Source: Spirogloea muscicola (taxonomy: Eukaryota). From it: DNA of 39,312 nt. The notes beneath the pieces were generated by a model. That model ran no database searches and was not told the DNA's origin. It was given only the letters and a program-made list of their open reading frames with translations. The stretch lies in the NCBI GenBank assembly GCA_009602725.1, contig WELB01000002.1:1010218-1049529 (forward strand), given 5' to 3'. Shown piece by piece: positions 37,334 through 39,312 of the stretch. Numbering within the stretch: position 1 is the first letter of the stretch; every line of letters begins with the position of its first letter. Position numbers and translations under genes: made by a program.

Positions 37334-37943
37334 TCGCGTTCAGAATACCAGCATCATACCTCCAACCGCTGGGGCGGATGGCCGCATTCACACCCGGCGC
37401 GCCGATCTTGTCGCCAGCGCGCTCGGCGGGGGGCCTCGGCTCATCGCCGACGTTGTCACGACTGACTGCTTTGTTTCCAGCAGCGCCAAACGCTCGTCGG
37501 AGGAGGCGAGCTACGCAGTCTGCCAAGCGGCGGGCGCAAAGGAACGGAAGTACTCGGACCACCCGGTGGAAGACGAGTTTGTTCCACTGGCAGTCGACGT
37601 GCACGGAGCCTTTGGCACAAAATGGATTGCCTTGCTTCGCCGCCTTGCGCGGCGTGCAGCGGCCCGCCGCCTCGGGCAGCTGGGCGAGCAGCCCAGCTTC
37701 AATGTCGCCGGGTCCCTCGCTCAGGTCTTCCGAATGCGTTTGGCCATCTCGATGCAGCGGTCCCTTGCCTTCGCGGTTCACTTGCGCGAAGGCCGAGCTT
37801 TGGCGGCGGCCTCCGGCTTCTGTCAGGGCGACGTCTTTCCGCCGGCTAGCTACTCAGACTTGCATCTCCTGACTAGAGGTTACTGAGCGTTCCCTGGCTG
37901 ATGTCTTAGTCCTAGTCCTTCGCACTCCGGCTCCTTCAGACCT
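37334..37943 (+). mobile_element. 5'-truncated non-LTR retrotransposon with intact restriction-like endonuclease (RLE) domain, CRE-like
   Basis: The open frame reads RRADLV..RLIADV..AKERKYSD..FVPLAVDVHGAFG..RLAISMQR..SDLHLLTRGY* (stop 37886). This matches the R(P/A)D..D..KxxKY..FxPxxxE/DxxG pattern of RLE LINEs. Confidence 0.88.
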
Positions 37944-38918
37944 CCATTCTTTTTGGGTTGGCTTTGCCAGCCCCTCTTCTCAATGGCCAGGGGACCCACT
38001 TCCAGGAGCCCAGCATCTCTGATCTGCGGCTGCTTAGCAGGGGTTACTGAGTGTCTCGTAGCAGCTTTGTTTCTGTTACTTAGCGCTTCCCCTGGCCCCC
38101 TTCTCGTACTCTGTTCATTCTTTTTCGGGCTGGTTGTTCCAGCCCCTATTCTCAATGGGCGAGCACTTTCTTCTCAATGGGCGAGCACCTTCTTCAGACC
38201 TTGTTCGTTCCTTCGCCTGGCTTCCCCCCCCCTCTTCTTGTACTCTGTTCATTCTTTTTTGGGCTGGCTGTTCCAGCCCATGTTCTCAATAGGCGAGCCC
38301 TTCTTCTTCTTTCCCAGCCACCAGTCAATCTGGCCGCGCTTCCTCTTTGGGCTGGCCTTTCCCAGCCACCAGTCATCTGGCCGCGCTTTCTCTTCCGCGG
38401 CGTGCAGCGGCCCGCCACCGCCTCGGGCAGCAGGGCGAGCAGCCTGGCTTCAATGTCGCCGGGTCCTTCGCTCAAGTCTTCCGAATGCGTTTGGCCATCT
38501 CGATGCAGCCTTCCCTTGCCTTCGCGGTTCAATTAGAAGAAAGCGCTCGCCCATTGAGAAGAGGGGCTGGAAAAGCCAGCCCAAAAAAGAATTAACCAAG
38601 GACAAGAAGGGGGCCAGGGGAAGCGCTAAGAAAAGAAGAAAGTGCTCGCCCATTGAGAATAGGGGCTGGAAAAGCCAGCCCAAAAAAGAATTAGCAGAGT
38701 ACGAGAAGGGGGCCAGGGGAAGCGCTAAGAAAAACAAGCACACAAAGCGCGCCGGCCGAGCTTTGGCGGCGGCCTCCGGCTTCCGTCAGGGCGACGTCTT
38801 TCCGCCGGCTAGCTACTCAGACTTGCATCTCCTGACTAGAGGTTCCTGAGCTTTCTTCACTCGGAAGACTTGAGCGAGGGACCCGGCGACATTGAAGCCG
38901 GGCTGCTCGCCCTGCTGC
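37944..38918. mobile_element. Cluster 5b: nested retroelement 3' ends and tails
   Basis: Nested tails occupy 37944-38395. A plus ORF fragment at 38396-38849 is split by an inverted tandem tail (38535-38746). A minus fragment GQQGEQPGFNVAGSLAQVFR lies at ~38861-38918. Confidence 0.88.
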
Positions 38919-39312
38919 CCTACTCGCATGGGCGGCCTTGGCTGCCGGTCGTTGGAGCAGACGGCGCAAGCAGCCTTCCTGGGCTGCTGGCACCAGATCG
39001 CCTCCCTGCTCCCCATGCGCTTCCCTTGCCTCCACGACCCTGTACGCAATGTGGAGGAAGGCTCCTTCCCCTTCCAAGCGGATCTGAGGAGCATCCGCGA
39101 CTCAGCCATCAGCTCTTTCCCCTCTCTCCAACCCCTACTCACGCCATTCTCCACCCTCGCCCAAGCTTCTGATAGAGGGGCACAATCCAGACTGGTTACG
39201 GCAGTGGAAGACGAACGCCGCAGAAGGTTGAGGAGGCTGCCAGAGATTCAGAACAATCCGAGGAGCTTGGCAAGACTCACTTCTCTGGCCACACCTGGTG
39301 CCACTGACTGGA
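38918..39312 (+). mobile_element. Internal (RT thumb/linker) ORF segment of the non-LTR element, open to the window end
   Basis: A stop-free frame absent from the ORF track reads PTRMGGLGCRSLEQTAQAAFLGCW..AQSRLVTAVE..RSLARLTSLATPGATDW. (L)PxRxGGLG and ARLxSxxxPGAxxW are typical post-RT motifs of CRE-like elements. Confidence 0.85.

Noticed and set aside
37326..37886. Stand-alone 186-aa host nuclease gene
   Set aside because: The ATG comes from the inverted arm; the sequence is a 5'-truncated retroelement ORF with many degenerate copies in the window.
37071..37943. TIR DNA transposon or MITE
   Set aside because: The inverted arms are LINE 3' ends including coding sequence; I found no transposase motif and no TSD around the pair.
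37953..38849. 298-aa ORF ending LLTRGS
   Set aside because: It is a chance read-through of nested non-coding tails and ORF fragments in mixed frames and orientations.

Overview
This is eukaryotic, intron-rich nuclear DNA. Land-plant-type orthologues (MSH1, PHT4;6, an At5g61530-type RhoGAP) with short GT-AG introns and very GC-rich first exons suggest a streptophyte alga (inference). Eight protein-coding genes can be spliced by hand: PHT4;6 anion transporter (-), 5-formyl-THF cyclo-ligase (-), a GT-B UDP-glycosyltransferase (+), a RhoGAP-domain protein (-), a NUDX20-like Nudix hydrolase (+, 5' part missing), an unrecognised ~400-aa multi-pass membrane protein behind a dense ABRE/CE3 cluster (+), MSH1 (+), and a zeta-crystallin/quinone-oxidoreductase-like protein (-). 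The most striking non-genic signal is a family of restriction-like-endonuclease (RLE, CRE-like) non-LTR retrotransposon fragments. They form five clusters, each just upstream of a gene 5' end, and I saw none in introns or convergent spacers. Copies are heavily 5'-truncated (down to 35 nt) and nested inside each other with 5-12 bp target-site duplications. They share a 3' hairpin and TTC tail, encode a conserved C-terminal peptide SDLxLL(T/S)RGY*, and twice form head-to-head inverted pairs. All calls come from manual reading and recalled family motifs; no searches were run.
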